Shown here: positions 1-12,904 of the stretch, in pieces | Numbering within the stretch: position 1 is the stretch's first letter | Layout of the letters: each line of letters opens with the position of its first letter | Origin: Alloascoidea hylecoeti | Taxonomy: Eukaryota | Assembly (NCBI GenBank): GCA_001600815.1 | Contig: BCKZ01000007.1 | Location: 682,001-746,000 of the forward strand | Reading direction: 5' to 3' | Length of the DNA stretch: 64,000 nucleotides | The notes under the pieces: generated by a model | Seen by the model: only the letters and a program-made list of their open reading frames with translations | Told to the model about the DNA's origin: nothing | Databases searched by the model: none | Translations under genes and position numbers: made by a program

Positions 1-248
1 CTAACCATTATATAAATTTAAACAGTAACTTTTAATTCTACTACATAGTACTTAAAGCTTTGTACAGGGTTAGAGTGAGCTGATTCAAATTTCAAAACAA
101 TCCACAGTGCTCCTTATTCTTCAGATCAAGCTTACAACTTATTTTATGAAAATATAGAAAAGTTCGTTTAAACTATATATTGAAATTATAAACATTAGTT
201 TCTTCTATAAGCCTTAACTCCTTGTCATGTTATTACTAACAAAACTGT

Positions 249-1023
249 TTAGATAACAGACTTGACTTCAAAAAACCGTTTTAAGTAATATATCTGGAAC
301 AGACTGTTGGCGGCAACCACAATAATTTGGAATATACTCCACCATTTAACTCTATCATTTGTAGATTCAGCAGTATTTCTATGAGTTCTTTCTCTAATGA
401 CGATATATGTCTAGATTAAATCATCAGTTAGTTAGTTATAAATCGTGGAAAAGGGAAACAAAGTTCAAAATTTTAATAAACGTACCTGTTCATCTCTAAC
501 TTCTTGAACTAGATGGGCAAGATTTCTAACTTCTTTATCCAAAGTATCACCAACATCTACATCATTCAAATCAACATAAACAACTCCATGAATATTGAAG
601 GTGATATCTTTTGTAGCAATCCCCCACCTTTCATTTGAGAAGCAATATTCATATTTTCCCTTAACATCAACTTCAAGTGATACATCACCGTGAGAAACAT
701 CGTATAGTTGCTTGACGGATTGTCCATTTGGTTTAATAATCTAGATTTGGGAAAAGCGCGTTAGAACTAATTTATTTCAACCACACTTCAATAAAAATAT
801 ATTGCAAACAGAATACAGTCAACAAACTTACGTTAAAGTCAGCAGTTAATTGGTCTTGATGTGAAGGATCACGATTTCCCACCTGGAAAGTGACAGCAAG
901 GACATCATTCACCTTCATGGTTTCAAAAAAACAAGTCTTTCCTCTTGGATGTAGCAAGACATTGTGGCATGCGACCAAAGGTAATAAACTGGCCAAGACC
1001 CAAAATAATGATAGAAACTTCAT
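249..1023 (-). CDS. EMP24: p24 family ER-Golgi cargo receptor Emp24 (202 aa); exons 1023-832, 740-486, 410-249
   Basis: Spliced by hand: signal peptide MKFLSLFWVLASLLPLVACHNVLL, GOLD-like region, then YIVIRERTHRNTAESTNDRVKWWS...YYLKRFFEVKSVI*. Introns GTAAGT..TTCTAAC..TAG (831-741) and GTACGT..AACTAAC..TAG (485-411) keep the frame. Confidence 0.95.
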
Positions 1024-1481
1024 GTTTTTGGTTTTCTTTACGGATTGGATGGTGTTGCTTGTCAGTCCAGAAACGTGGTAACTTCTCGATGAGAGTTGTA
1101 TGGGTGTTTCGACAATTCTGAGCAACTTCTACATCTGCCCCATCTTTATGAGACAACTATTTACAGCATTAATACATCTGAAATCAATCAAGTCTTAGAT
1201 GAAAAGTTTAAACAGGGCCCGCCGCCAAATTTTGAAAAAAAATGGAATACGTTAAAATTAGTAAATAGTAAGGTAGGGAAGATATTTTAAATAATAATTA
1301 GATATATAAACCTTTTTTCCACATTATTATATATGAATAATATTAATTAACTAAAAGTAAAAAGCATATATATCTTGAAATCATTTAACTCTCTAAACAT
1401 TATCATACTTTTAGAAATAAATTCGTCATTGAGGATAGTGATGGTTAGGGTTTTGATGAAGACATGGTGTTTGTTTCTAAT

Positions 1482-2090
1482 TTAATTGATTCTTTCCTTT
1501 CTTCTGAAAGAACAACCTTCTGTGAGCTTGGCTTTACCTCCAGTTGGCTGGCATAAAACTGTAGAGCAGGCACCACAGGTGACAGCTGTCTGAGCATGTG
1601 AAAAGACGGTTGTGATGTTAAGACAACCAGGACACTTGACATCCATAAAGTATGATCTTGGTGTGGCAACAAGTGTCTTTAACTTGTGTTTTCTTAACTC
1701 AGCTTGAGGAGTTGGGTTGAGTAAATCTTGAACTAAAACCTGTACATAAAAGAAGTTAGTTGAGACTACCATGAAATTGATTGTGAATGAAATGTATTAA
1801 TGATTTGGATAAGTGAAAATAACTTGGGATTACATAATTATAAGATTGTATCCATCCAATATATACCAATGAGTGTGCAAAATATTGTAAATACTCCGAT
1901 CTTTCCTAGGAAATCCCTTCCAGATAGTTGAAGGTCTGTGATGAAGCCCATGAATTGTTCAATATTGATCTTTGTTCTTCGATAGATGTCGTGTAATGCT
2001 AACCTTACGTAGCTGTAGCTATCTACCTTCAGTTTTCACTTTCCATTTCGATTATAACATTTGATCATCAACAAGTTGATTACGTACCAT
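1482..2090 (-). CDS. RPS27: 40S ribosomal protein eS27; exon 1 = ATG only (2090-2088), exon 2 = 1739-1482
   Basis: VLVQDLLNP...[47 protein letters not shown]. Intron GTACGT..AACTAAC..CAG (2087-1740) directly after the ATG. Confidence 0.97.
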
Positions 2091-2253
2091 TTTGTTACTA
2101 TTATTGTAATGCTTCTGTTGAGTTGTGGTGTATATTACTGTATGGAGTCTTCTAAATGAGTGATTATCAGTATCATAATTACACGCAGTTTTACCGACGT
2201 GCCCAATTTTGTATATCAGTTACTATTTTGGGATAAACTGTGACTGTTATTCA

Positions 2254-2260
2254 CACGTGA
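2254..2260. promoter_or_regulatory. Cbf1/bHLH E-box (TCACGTG) upstream of RPS27
   Basis: CACGTGA ~165 bp upstream of the RPS27 ATG; motif match only. Confidence 0.4.
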
Positions 2261-2339
2261 TATTGGATGGGTTTCGAAATACCTAAAGATTAAAGTATGA
2301 AGTTACGGGAAAGAAGCACATAGCAAATACCGGAATACC

Positions 2340-3120
2340 AGAATTGACTGCAGTAGCACGACTGACTTTACTATCCCTTTTGTGTGTATTTAAAGGGCTT
2401 TTACTCATTCACATTACAAGGTAGAGAAATATTGAATAGTGAAGCGCTTAAGCTTACAAATGATTCTTGTAAGTTAATACTTTGTAAGCTTTTGTTCATT
2501 TATGTATCACATCAAACCATATTTATTTGATGTTTCGACATGCTCATATTGATTGGCATATAAAAATAGAACGCTCGCAGTAATTTTGAAACGAACCACA
2601 TGTATCAGTGCACAGGAAGGTTATTTGATTTTTAATCTCGATTTACATTTGTAATTGAACATAGATATACGTAGGTTGGGATCGTTTGAAATGGTCTAGC
2701 TAGCAATAGGTCGTTACTATCTATAACTAGCCGTTGGATGTTTTCATGTTGAATATAGACAATGTTTTGGTAAGATAGTGTGCATTATATTACTCTAATT
2801 AATTGAGTTAAGGGATTGGTGTTTTCTATTAATATTTCATCTTCATAAGTATTATTGTTAATTCTGTATACGTAATTGCATTCAACAGTTACATGCATAT
2901 CCATTTAAAATTGTAACGTTTCTGCTGTTATTATAGTTCTATATGCTAATGGCATTTTTTGATTGTAATCTAAATGATCTACATAGATTTGGATCTGTTG
3001 TTATAAGGTTGTGGTGCTGGTGATTTTTATATTTAATCATACAGGTGTGCTAGGTATATGGAGTATATTTCTATTACCTTAAATACCAGCATTACAATAA
3101 TATTTATACTAATTTTGGTT
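2340..3120 (+). ncRNA. Candidate large structured ncRNA, telomerase-RNA-like
   Basis: No ORF of 60 aa or more. G-U-containing helices on the + strand, a putative pseudoknot (2736-2914), a three-way junction (3009-3097) and an Sm-like AATTTTGG at 3111-3118. No template identified. Confidence 0.35.
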
Positions 3121-3249
3121 GAAAATATGAGGAAAGAGATAAATCAAAATTAATTAGACATATACTTTACAATTAGTTATGAAAAAAATGATATATAGAT
3201 TTATATACTTTTTCAAAAATCGCATTTGTAACCGTTTTAATAAATGGTA

Positions 3250-4119
3250 AAATAATATTGCTATTCTCTGGGCTCCTCAGGGGATGCACTCAACAATCGT
3301 GAACATTCTTAAGAGTGGTTCATTTGGAGAGTCCAACATAGAGTTAAACATGGGAGAGTCATTGTTCTCTGGAGTCAATACCTTTGATTATAAGATGAAA
3401 CGTTTAACTGAAAATTGAGTCCTCATAAAAAGAAAACCACAGTCTTTGCTTTCCCTGTCGTAGGAAAATATATATTTGAGAATATGAACAAGACTTCCGA
3501 CTCTGTCTACTATAATTATCCTACGGGTCAAGAATCACCTTAAATATTCTAATAAGCGCATTCTGGTCCCCATTCATCAATCATTCGGAAGAAATAAGGT
3601 TGCGAAGTAGCATCAACGGGATACCCACTTTGAGATGAAAAAGAGTGGGGGTAATTATCAACGCTCCTTTGTGCAGTGTTATAAAGAATTAATACCTGAA
3701 ATTGGGTCTTCGTCCAGAAACATATTTCAGCAACTTTAATCTCATCTGGCTCCAACATTCAGGCGTTCCAAATAACGAACATTCTTGATATTAAGTTCCA
3801 ACAGGCATCTCTGTCTTTGAAGTTTGTACATGTAATAACTGATATCATTTTGATAGACACATTATCACATGGCAAAAAATGAGTTCTTGATGAAATAAGC
3901 TTTAATAATAAAAGGAAATTTTAAACTAAAAGTTTCGTTTGAGAACCAAAGCATCGCCAATCTGAAGAAGAGTGTTTGCTTGGCGACTTACTTCCACCCG
4001 GTTACTTGTGTTGATTCCAAGATTCTCGTCTAATCTATGTAACTTGGACTTTGAAGCCAAAGTGTTCCCGAAAGTAAGCCCATTCACTACTAACTTATGC
4101 GATTCAAGAATTCGAACAT
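3250..4119 (-). pseudogene. Decayed totivirus-like capsid (Gag) endogenous viral element
   Basis: Broken frame MFEFLNRI / LVVNGLTFGNTLASKSK / DACWNLISRMFVIWNA*ML / RSVDNYP..SQPYF..MIDEW / IFSNIYFPTTGKAK.WF. Colinear with remembered L-A/L-BC capsid motifs (RSTDSYP..VPYL..MMSKW; PRTAEASAWF). Confidence 0.55.
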
Positions 4120-4342
4120 AAGAAGAGAGGAATGATGTATGCCAAGAACATATAAAAATAATAAGAAGAATGGATAAAGAGGTTTTTATTTCACTATATA
4201 TAGTAGAGATTTCCTCAGGATTTACATAGTTTCTAGTTATATAATTTAATTGGAAAATATATGAAAGGTTAAAAAAAATATTAGCACAACCAAATGTTTT
4301 TTAAAGACAAGAGCAGAAAATGCTAATTATAAGATCTGCTGA

Positions 4343-4820
4343 CTATCCAACATTAATCTGTTCATGCATTGCAACCCAATTCCAAAAACGGCTCATGATC
4401 ATGATCACAAATACCTTCGAAAATTTGTCTTTACTTATTCGATAAAACCAATCGTCGATTTCTTGTCTAAAAGTTAGTTTTTGCTGCGATAGTTCATTGA
4501 GGGTGAAGAAGTCGAATATCATTAGGTATACACATGTATATATCCACAAATATAACCATTTCTACTGGTAGTAAAGGAACATTGTTACCTCCCGAGATAG
4601 TTGCATATAACTGTCATTATGTGTGATAACTGAGGTTAATACCTGTGAAGCACGATCTGACAGGAAGCTGAGTTCTCATGACACGAAAGCTGCAGTATTT
4701 AGTCTAGGTCTTCTTGAGGAAAACATATGCACGTTGCAGAATCTTGCATCTGTTTGTCGTACAAGATGTAAACACATACATTTATCTTAAAAGTATAACT
4801 GATTAGTCGAAAGTCTAGTG
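4343..4820 (-). pseudogene. Decayed totivirus-like Gag/Pol junction and Pol N-terminal fragment
   Basis: LDFRL at 4818-4804 (capsid C-terminal DFR motif that overlaps the slippery site), then IR.FTLNEL..DWFYRI..FVIMIMSRFWNW, resembling the pre-RdRp region of totiviruses. Confidence 0.45.
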
Positions 4821-5514
4821 TAACAACTTTTTTTAAAATTGGATATAAGTAAAATTGAGATGAGAGGATTACACATAGGTGAAATTATTGTCTAGAAGGG
4901 AATGGAGAAAAAAGGGTGGATAGGGTGGATTTATTTTTATGATTCTTATTATTTTTATTTATATATGTAGTGAAAATATAGCAAATATATACCAGAAAAA
5001 GATGAACAGCACGCAACATGTAAATTCCCATAGATGTTAGCAATCATAGCATCAAGTATATGCGATTGCAAATTAAAAGTAGGTTTAAGTATAAGTATGT
5101 AGGTATAAGAATAAGTAGGTAGTTAGGAATGCTGATGAAGCCGCAGTTATAGAGAGAAATAATGTTATAGCATCATTGGGCTTTCTTAATCATTTATGTT
5201 TCTAGTGTATTTATCAATCAATCAATCTAAAGGTAACTGAACAGGAAGGCACAAAAATAAGTTAACAAACAAGAAAAAATATTCAATAATACTATTCCTA
5301 ATTATAAGACGAAAATAGAACATGAATATAATTTTAAACAAACATGTAATTAGCTATTAAATACTGACATTGATTGTTTGAGAATAGACATCGGTATAAT
5401 TGATTGATTGATTAACACTAAAAACATACAAAATATAAAAATGTGGAAACCTAAAACTTCATCTTCATCTCAAACATTGCATTCCAACTTAACTTCAGAT
5501 AATTTAACACGGAA

Positions 5515-6939
<1,425 letters not shown>

Positions 6940-8789
6940 ACTAGTAGGTGGTGATGTTGGGTATTGGGTGATAAATAATTGGAAGGAGGGAGAGTGGAAG
7001 AAGAAAAGTGGCTTTATTGGGTGTTTGGATGTTACATTGTCACTAGATTTCATTCTCTCCGTGTTTATTCTTCAAATTCTAGAAAGAGGAGACACAAGCT
7101 GTACATGACTATGATATATATGTTTATGATCTGTGTGATTGTACCAGTTGGTTTTAGAAAGGAAGGGCAACTGGTCGGTTTCACAAACTTATGGATGATA
7201 TAAATCCACGCCGGAGTTTAGACAACAAATCATAACATTTGTTTTTCCTACATCCGAATCCTGAATACCCGAGGAACCCATCCTAGATCAGATCTTGCTT
7301 CCTGAAGTATCTGTTAATATCAATTGTGTAGTAAATATAATTATTTTCAGTCATTTTGATATTTCATTGCAAAGAAATACATTTGCAACGTTAACATACA
7401 TGTGCATATAACTGATAGCTGATAGCTATAAGACTTCTAAGAGATATTCATGCCAAAAGACCTTCATTTACATCTTTTAACAGAAAAAACTGGTTGGACC
7501 CAAGAAAATTTATGACCAGGATATATCGATACGATCTTTACATCTTGTTCACGTCGATAAGGGCGTAAAATGAAGCATTTTTATTTGATCTGTTTTGTTT
7601 TCCAATGATATGCACGTTATAAGAGGAGTCCTCGCTTGAAGTTAATTATAAGCTAATCCATACTCACAGTGGTGGCGTATAAAGTTCATTTTGTCTGTTA
7701 CAGACCCAAACCTTATATGGTTATCCTTCCAATTCAATTTCTGTTTTTATGTTTCTTTGGAGATTGTTACAGTCTGGGTATATAAGTTTATATATGCTAG
7801 GTTTTTAAACTGTGATATAGGCCACTGTAGCTGTATTTTAAAAGGTTAGTAGTAATAGTTATATTTCATGATCATAATTAAATCAGCTGCAATATTTGTT
7901 GGCGTGATGATCAAGAAAACTCCCAAATTTATGCATTATTGGCATTGTGCATTTGCATGCATACCTATAGTTTGTTTCAATTTACTCCACATTTCTTCAA
8001 TCGTAACGTTAACCGCTCATCATATCGATATCGATATTACGATCACAATCACGTATATATTTAAATTTTCTTTTCTAACTTGGCTATTACTTGTATCAAG
8101 TACATAATGTTTTTAAATCTCTTTTCCTAGATTTCCGAAGTATTTACAAATGGTTGTTACTAATACATGTAGTACAAAAATATTCGCTGAATCCAGCTGC
8201 CTTTAATTTAATTTATAATTTGATACACAAGAATTAACAAATGGTATGTATATATATTGGAATAAGGGGTATGTTATGATAATTAAACACTGAAATTAAA
8301 GTTATCTATAGAGATAAAAGTGCAATATCATCAAACAACAACCGATATTTGTATAAAAGGAATTGGCCTTGAAATTTTGAAACACCCAAAACTCAAAAGA
8401 ACGTTCTACGGTAACCTAAAACCTATTGATTCACCTTAGTGGTAACATCCTCCCCAAAACTTTGTCAAGTAAAATTCGAAACAGATTACGAATCTGCTAA
8501 TCCATTAAATTCATTGAATGGCCATATCCTTGATGGTAACGTTTAAAAGTAAAATATACTAATTCTCAACATACTGATTAATTCTACATTTGAAATTTAT
8601 TCTGGTGACGACCTTTTCTTACTTAATTAAAATCGTCATCCTAATGGATTGGAAATCTTCCATTTAATAGCTCTGGCAAGCAAGTGAGATTATATGAAGA
8701 AATTTGGTACACTATTGATCCCTACAAGTGGCTTACTTAAAGGTTATTGCTTTTCCACTCATTGAAGTTATATATATATATGAATTAAA

Positions 8790-9600
8790 CCAAGCATGCA
8801 TGTCGTAAATTGGATGGCCAATACTTTAAGGTAAGACCGTTAATAATTAAACAAAAAGAAAATAAATATGTGCCCTTGATAACTCGGTCAATAAACCTAT
8901 TTGATAATTCCATGCCAGCTACAATATCAGGAGGTATATATTGGAAATTTCTCCCATAGAAATATGGTACCTCTAATTAGAGACATTAACCAAGGAGTAA
9001 GAATTGATACGAAATAAATTACATGACAAATGAGAACAGATAGGCAGCTATCATTATCACTAAAATTAAAGAAGGAGCCTGATAAAGTTTAAAGTTGCGC
9101 TTTTATCGGTCACCACTCCAAATAAGAATGACAATATTATAACCAGTTGCTAATCAATATACAATGAATTAATCTGCTCTTAAAGTAGTACATAATTTTT
9201 TGATAATGTATAAAGATTCTATAAACATATAATATAATATTTTGAGTTTAGTATTTAGTGTTAGCCCTTATTATTACATACTACATAGTGATGTACGACC
9301 ACCTTTCCCAATTCCTGCCCATACTATGAGACTAACTGACTTTTTTAGATCTATAAATATTTTGAGGTTCAAAGACCTGGTCTGACTGTACTCTATCATA
9401 TACATTTCTAGACCTGGTTCCTGTAGCGGCTGAATATTCAATGAATACAACACCATTCCAAACATACTGAAACTTACTTTATCTACTTTTAGACCATACT
9501 TTTCTGATCTTTTTGTTATTCTCATTCAGAAAAGGCTTTTTACGTACCGAAAATGTTCCATATTCATGTTTTTTAGAATATATAACTTCTTATAGTATAC
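8790..9600 (-). mobile_element. Tc1/mariner (IS630-Tc1) transposase relic, copy 1
   Basis: KHEYGTFSVRKKPFLNE (HTH-linker type) and SLIVWAGIGKGGRTSL motif. Clear DNA similarity to 36800-37210. Many stops and frameshifts; ends approximate. Confidence 0.7.
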
Positions 9601-11504
9601 GCACTTGAAAAAATCGTAAATTTAATCTTGACCGGACCGTAGTTTCTAATATTAATCTATAATTTACTGCTTCCTAAGCTAAAGATCATAAAGAATTTAA
9701 ATATATTATATATATTAGTTGTACTCATATAAGACCTTATTAGTATATCAACATATTTTAGATAAGTTAAATAATTAAGCATGATGGGCCTGAGGAACTT
9801 TAAAACAAAAATGGGAAATCATTATATATCAAGCTTAGAGAGTTTCCAATAAGATAATATTTTTTATAAGGTAATTTGCCGCTACCATAAGACAATTTTG
9901 GTTTAATGGTATTTAAACCTTCATTATCAATCATTATATTTTTATCAGCGATTGCAAATGTTGTAAACATGTCCATTAGCTTATCAAACTTACTAGATAA
10001 TTCAATGAACTTATCTTCCATCCTTTTAATGTCTGATTTAATATCAGAATTCATCAACGTTAGATATTAAATTCTCAATTTGTGGAAGAATGCTATTTGC
10101 AGTTGCTCTATTGGTGTTACTAGTCTCAACCATTTTATCTTATTTACTTTTTCAGATAACTTGATTCGTTATACGAGATATAATAAATTTTGATAAATTT
10201 CGATTAATGTTATAAGTAAGTAATACTATTGAGTTATAAAGGTGTTTTGGAATTAGTCATTCATTACAGCTTAAATAGATAACTCTATTTGTCACAAATA
10301 ATGTTCATATGCTCTTATTATATGATTTTGACATTATTTATCCTTGTTACCAACGAAGCTGATGGCTATTAGAGTTTGATATTAGAGTTGAAAACCTGTT
10401 TATACGATAAATATGGTGAAGAAATTAGGTAGTTTAAACCCTTACAGTCTTCATCACAGTGATACTATAATTAAGTATCAAGAATTATTTAATTATGGTA
10501 ATGATTTTAAGGCGGTAAATATAAAAGTACGTAGTCGGATATGTCAAGAATTTTCGGATTAATTCAAACCCAGTTTACAACTCTAATATTCAGCTTTAAT
10601 AATCGCGAAATAGTACCATGGCCGCGGTGTATGACAATAAGAAATTAACACAAATAATCACATAAGCACAAATAGACAGCTGCAGATACTGGCAATCACA
10701 TGCATATAGAAAATTACATGAACATAGACAAATACCTGAACCTGAACAATGATATGAACATGGACAATCACAGGTTACAAAGTATAACACAATATACCCT
10801 ATAAGTTATATTAGGCCCTATCTAACAAGTACACTATCATTAATATTGATAATTAAAATGACATGGCCATAGGCAAGTATAATAACAAGTAGAAATTTAA
10901 ATGCTTGTGAGAACAAAATCGCAAACCCATAAAAGGCTAGCTGTAATATTTCCTAACATTCTAAAATACTTACATGACCAAAATATAGCTTCTAACATAA
11001 CAATTACTCAACCAAAGAAATATATACCTTATTGGTTTTTAAACCAAAACATAGCTAACAGTCATAAACAAGGAAGTATAACCATACAAATAAATATAAA
11101 ATTAACAAGCCAAAAACATAAACATGGCTAACTTTCTTACGGATAAGATCTTATGGTTGTGGGCAACACAGCTGAAGTAATATAACAGTGAGTGAGGCCG
11201 AGAACTATCATCAATTGAACTTACACTCGAGGTTGCGATTGATCTCTACGTACTACGTAGCTATAGAATATGGATCTCAACGTGTAATACAGCTGGCATA
11301 CGATCACATAGTCCAATTATTATATAACTACAAACTTACATCATAAATATTAGTTCATAATATGCTAATATGGAAAAAGATCAATACACCAAATATGTTA
11401 GATGTCAAATCTCAAATCTCAAATTTCAAATAATTCAACTAAACGTCAAACATCGAATGAATCTCAAATTCATGCGATTTAAAGTCAAATGAATATAAAT
11501 GTAA

Positions 11505-11745
11505 TAAAGGTAAAGGTAAAGGTAAAGGTAAAGGTAAAGGTAAAGGTAAAGGTAAAGGTAAAGGTAAAAGGTAAAGGTAAAGGTAAAGGTAAAGGTAAAG
11601 GTAAAGGTAAAGGTAAAGGTAAAGGTAAANNNNNNNNNNNNNNNGTAAAGGTAAAGGTAAAGGTAAAGGTAAAGGTAAAGGTAAAGGTAAAGGTAAAGGT
11701 AAAGGTAAAGGTAAAGGTAAAGGTAAAGGTAAAGGTAAAAGGTAA
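11505..11745. repeat. (GGTAAA)n hexanucleotide microsatellite with a 15-N assembly gap at 11630-11644
   Basis: Direct reading. True length unknown because of the gap. Confidence 0.98.
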
Positions 11746-11890
11746 TATAATACCAATTATATAAGCAAAAAAGTAAGAAAATGGCAGTCACATTTATCGA
11801 GAGGGTGAAGTTCAAAAATTAACTGTCTTTGAAAGGCGATTGAAATTTATTAGGTTAACTGTCTTCAGATTACTTGTTTGATTTTCATGA

Positions 11891-12904
11891 TTATGTCTTA
11901 CAATCGGGGCTTGAGTCTTTAATGGGTGTTTCATTTTTAGCTTCAGTAACAATAATAGTAGTGACTGAGGGGGAATTGGAATTTTGATCAGTATCTTTGG
12001 TTAGGTATTTCTCCTTGATCCCTTCAAACACTCTTCTCATTTTACCTCTGGCTCCTTTAGCTTTCACACCTCGTTTCTCCAAATCTTCATCGCTCATTTG
12101 GACCAATTCTTTCCAGTTGATATCCTTAAAGCACTCGGTATATTTATGCAGTCTCAAAGATTTCAATAATTGAGGAATATCATTTAATAACTCGGCTGTA
12201 ATCTCAACATGAGGAGTTGCTGGTGTTGTGGGAGTCAACGCAGACGCAATAGGTAGAGTAACACTTTTTGAAGGCGATGAAAAGCTAATAGGGGAAGGAA
12301 TATGTTTATATTGCTTATTTGGTTTTGCTGATCGCAATATAGTATTGCTAGTACTTGCCGATGATATTTTATTGTGCAAAGGAGTTGCTGGAGAGGGCAC
12401 AGTCTGTGTGATTTCAGGGATGGCAGATTGTGGAGTGAAGGGCTGGGGTGAAAATAAAGGGATATCCGTGAAATTTCCATTACCAGTCGCTGATAATAAA
12501 GCGGGAGACTTTTTGGAATCTAGAAATGTCCTTGAATTTACAGTAGAAACTGCAGCCAGCTTTAGTGAAGTTTCTTGAGCAATTTGGTCCCACTGTTTTG
12601 GTGTTGGGGGTGGTTGTGATTGCATCAAGTGCCAGTTAGGCTGAATTCTTGGATCAGCAGATCGCGGTCTGAGAGCTTCTTGAGAATTCTTATTGGCATT
12701 TTTTTGAACATTCAGTCCAGGAGGTAAGGTCAGATTCAGCTTGTTTTTATTAAGGTTTCCTTTTCCGCTATTAGGAAAAGCTTTAGAATGCTTCAATGTT
12801 AATGCAGCCAGGCATTGTGATTGTTCTGATTCTGTTAGAAGGGAAAACCACTCTTCTATAGATTCTAGCTCACTAGCAAAGGTTGTTTCCTCTGTTAATG
12901 CCAT
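11891..12904 (-). CDS. VTS1: Vts1/Smaug-family SAM-domain RNA-binding protein (337 aa from MALTEE)
   Basis: N-terminal ELESIEEWFSLLTESEQ helix, RPRSAD motif, and SAM domain DIPQLLKSLRLHKY...DLEKRGVKAKGARGK. Confidence 0.85.
   Translation of the reverse strand: MALTEETTFASELESIEEWFSLLTESEQSQCLAALTLKHSKAFPNSGKGNLNKNKLNLTLPPGLNVQKNANKNSQEALRPRSADPRIQPNWHLMQSQPPPTPKQWDQIAQETSLKLAAVSTVNSRTFLDSKKSPALLSATGNGNFTDIPLFSPQPFTPQSAIPEITQTVPSPATPLHNKISSASTSNTILRSAKPNKQYKHIPSPISFSSPSKSVTLPIASALTPTTPATPHVEITAELLNDIPQLLKSLRLHKYTECFKDINWKELVQMSDEDLEKRGVKAKGARGKMRRVFEGIKEKYLTKDTDQNSNSPSVTTIIVTEAKNETPIKDSSPDCKT

Noticed and set aside
2460..2475. ATG ATT CTT GTAAGT as a first exon plus donor of a small intron-rich gene
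   Set aside because: I could not assemble downstream exons into a credible protein, and the site lies in the loop of an 11-bp hairpin.
2423..2545. snR30/U17 or H/ACA snoRNA (AGAGAA, AAACCAT, ACA)
   Set aside because: The snR30 m1 motif (ATATTCCTA) is absent and the spacing to ACA is wrong; kept only as an alternative for the ncRNA candidate.
10596..11131. Cys-rich and other short ORFs in an A/C-rich stretch with ~6-nt periodicity
   Set aside because: Looks like degenerate low-complexity sequence; no recognisable domain.
11435..11815. ORFs with YL/LP/VK/GK dipeptide repeats
   Set aside because: Artefacts of translating the (GGTAAA)n microsatellite across an N gap.
12228..12578. Antisense or overlapping ORFs within VTS1 (and similar ones in GLC7, the MFS genes, MIR1 and the 824-aa gene)
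   Set aside because: Shadow ORFs of real genes, with no independent evidence.
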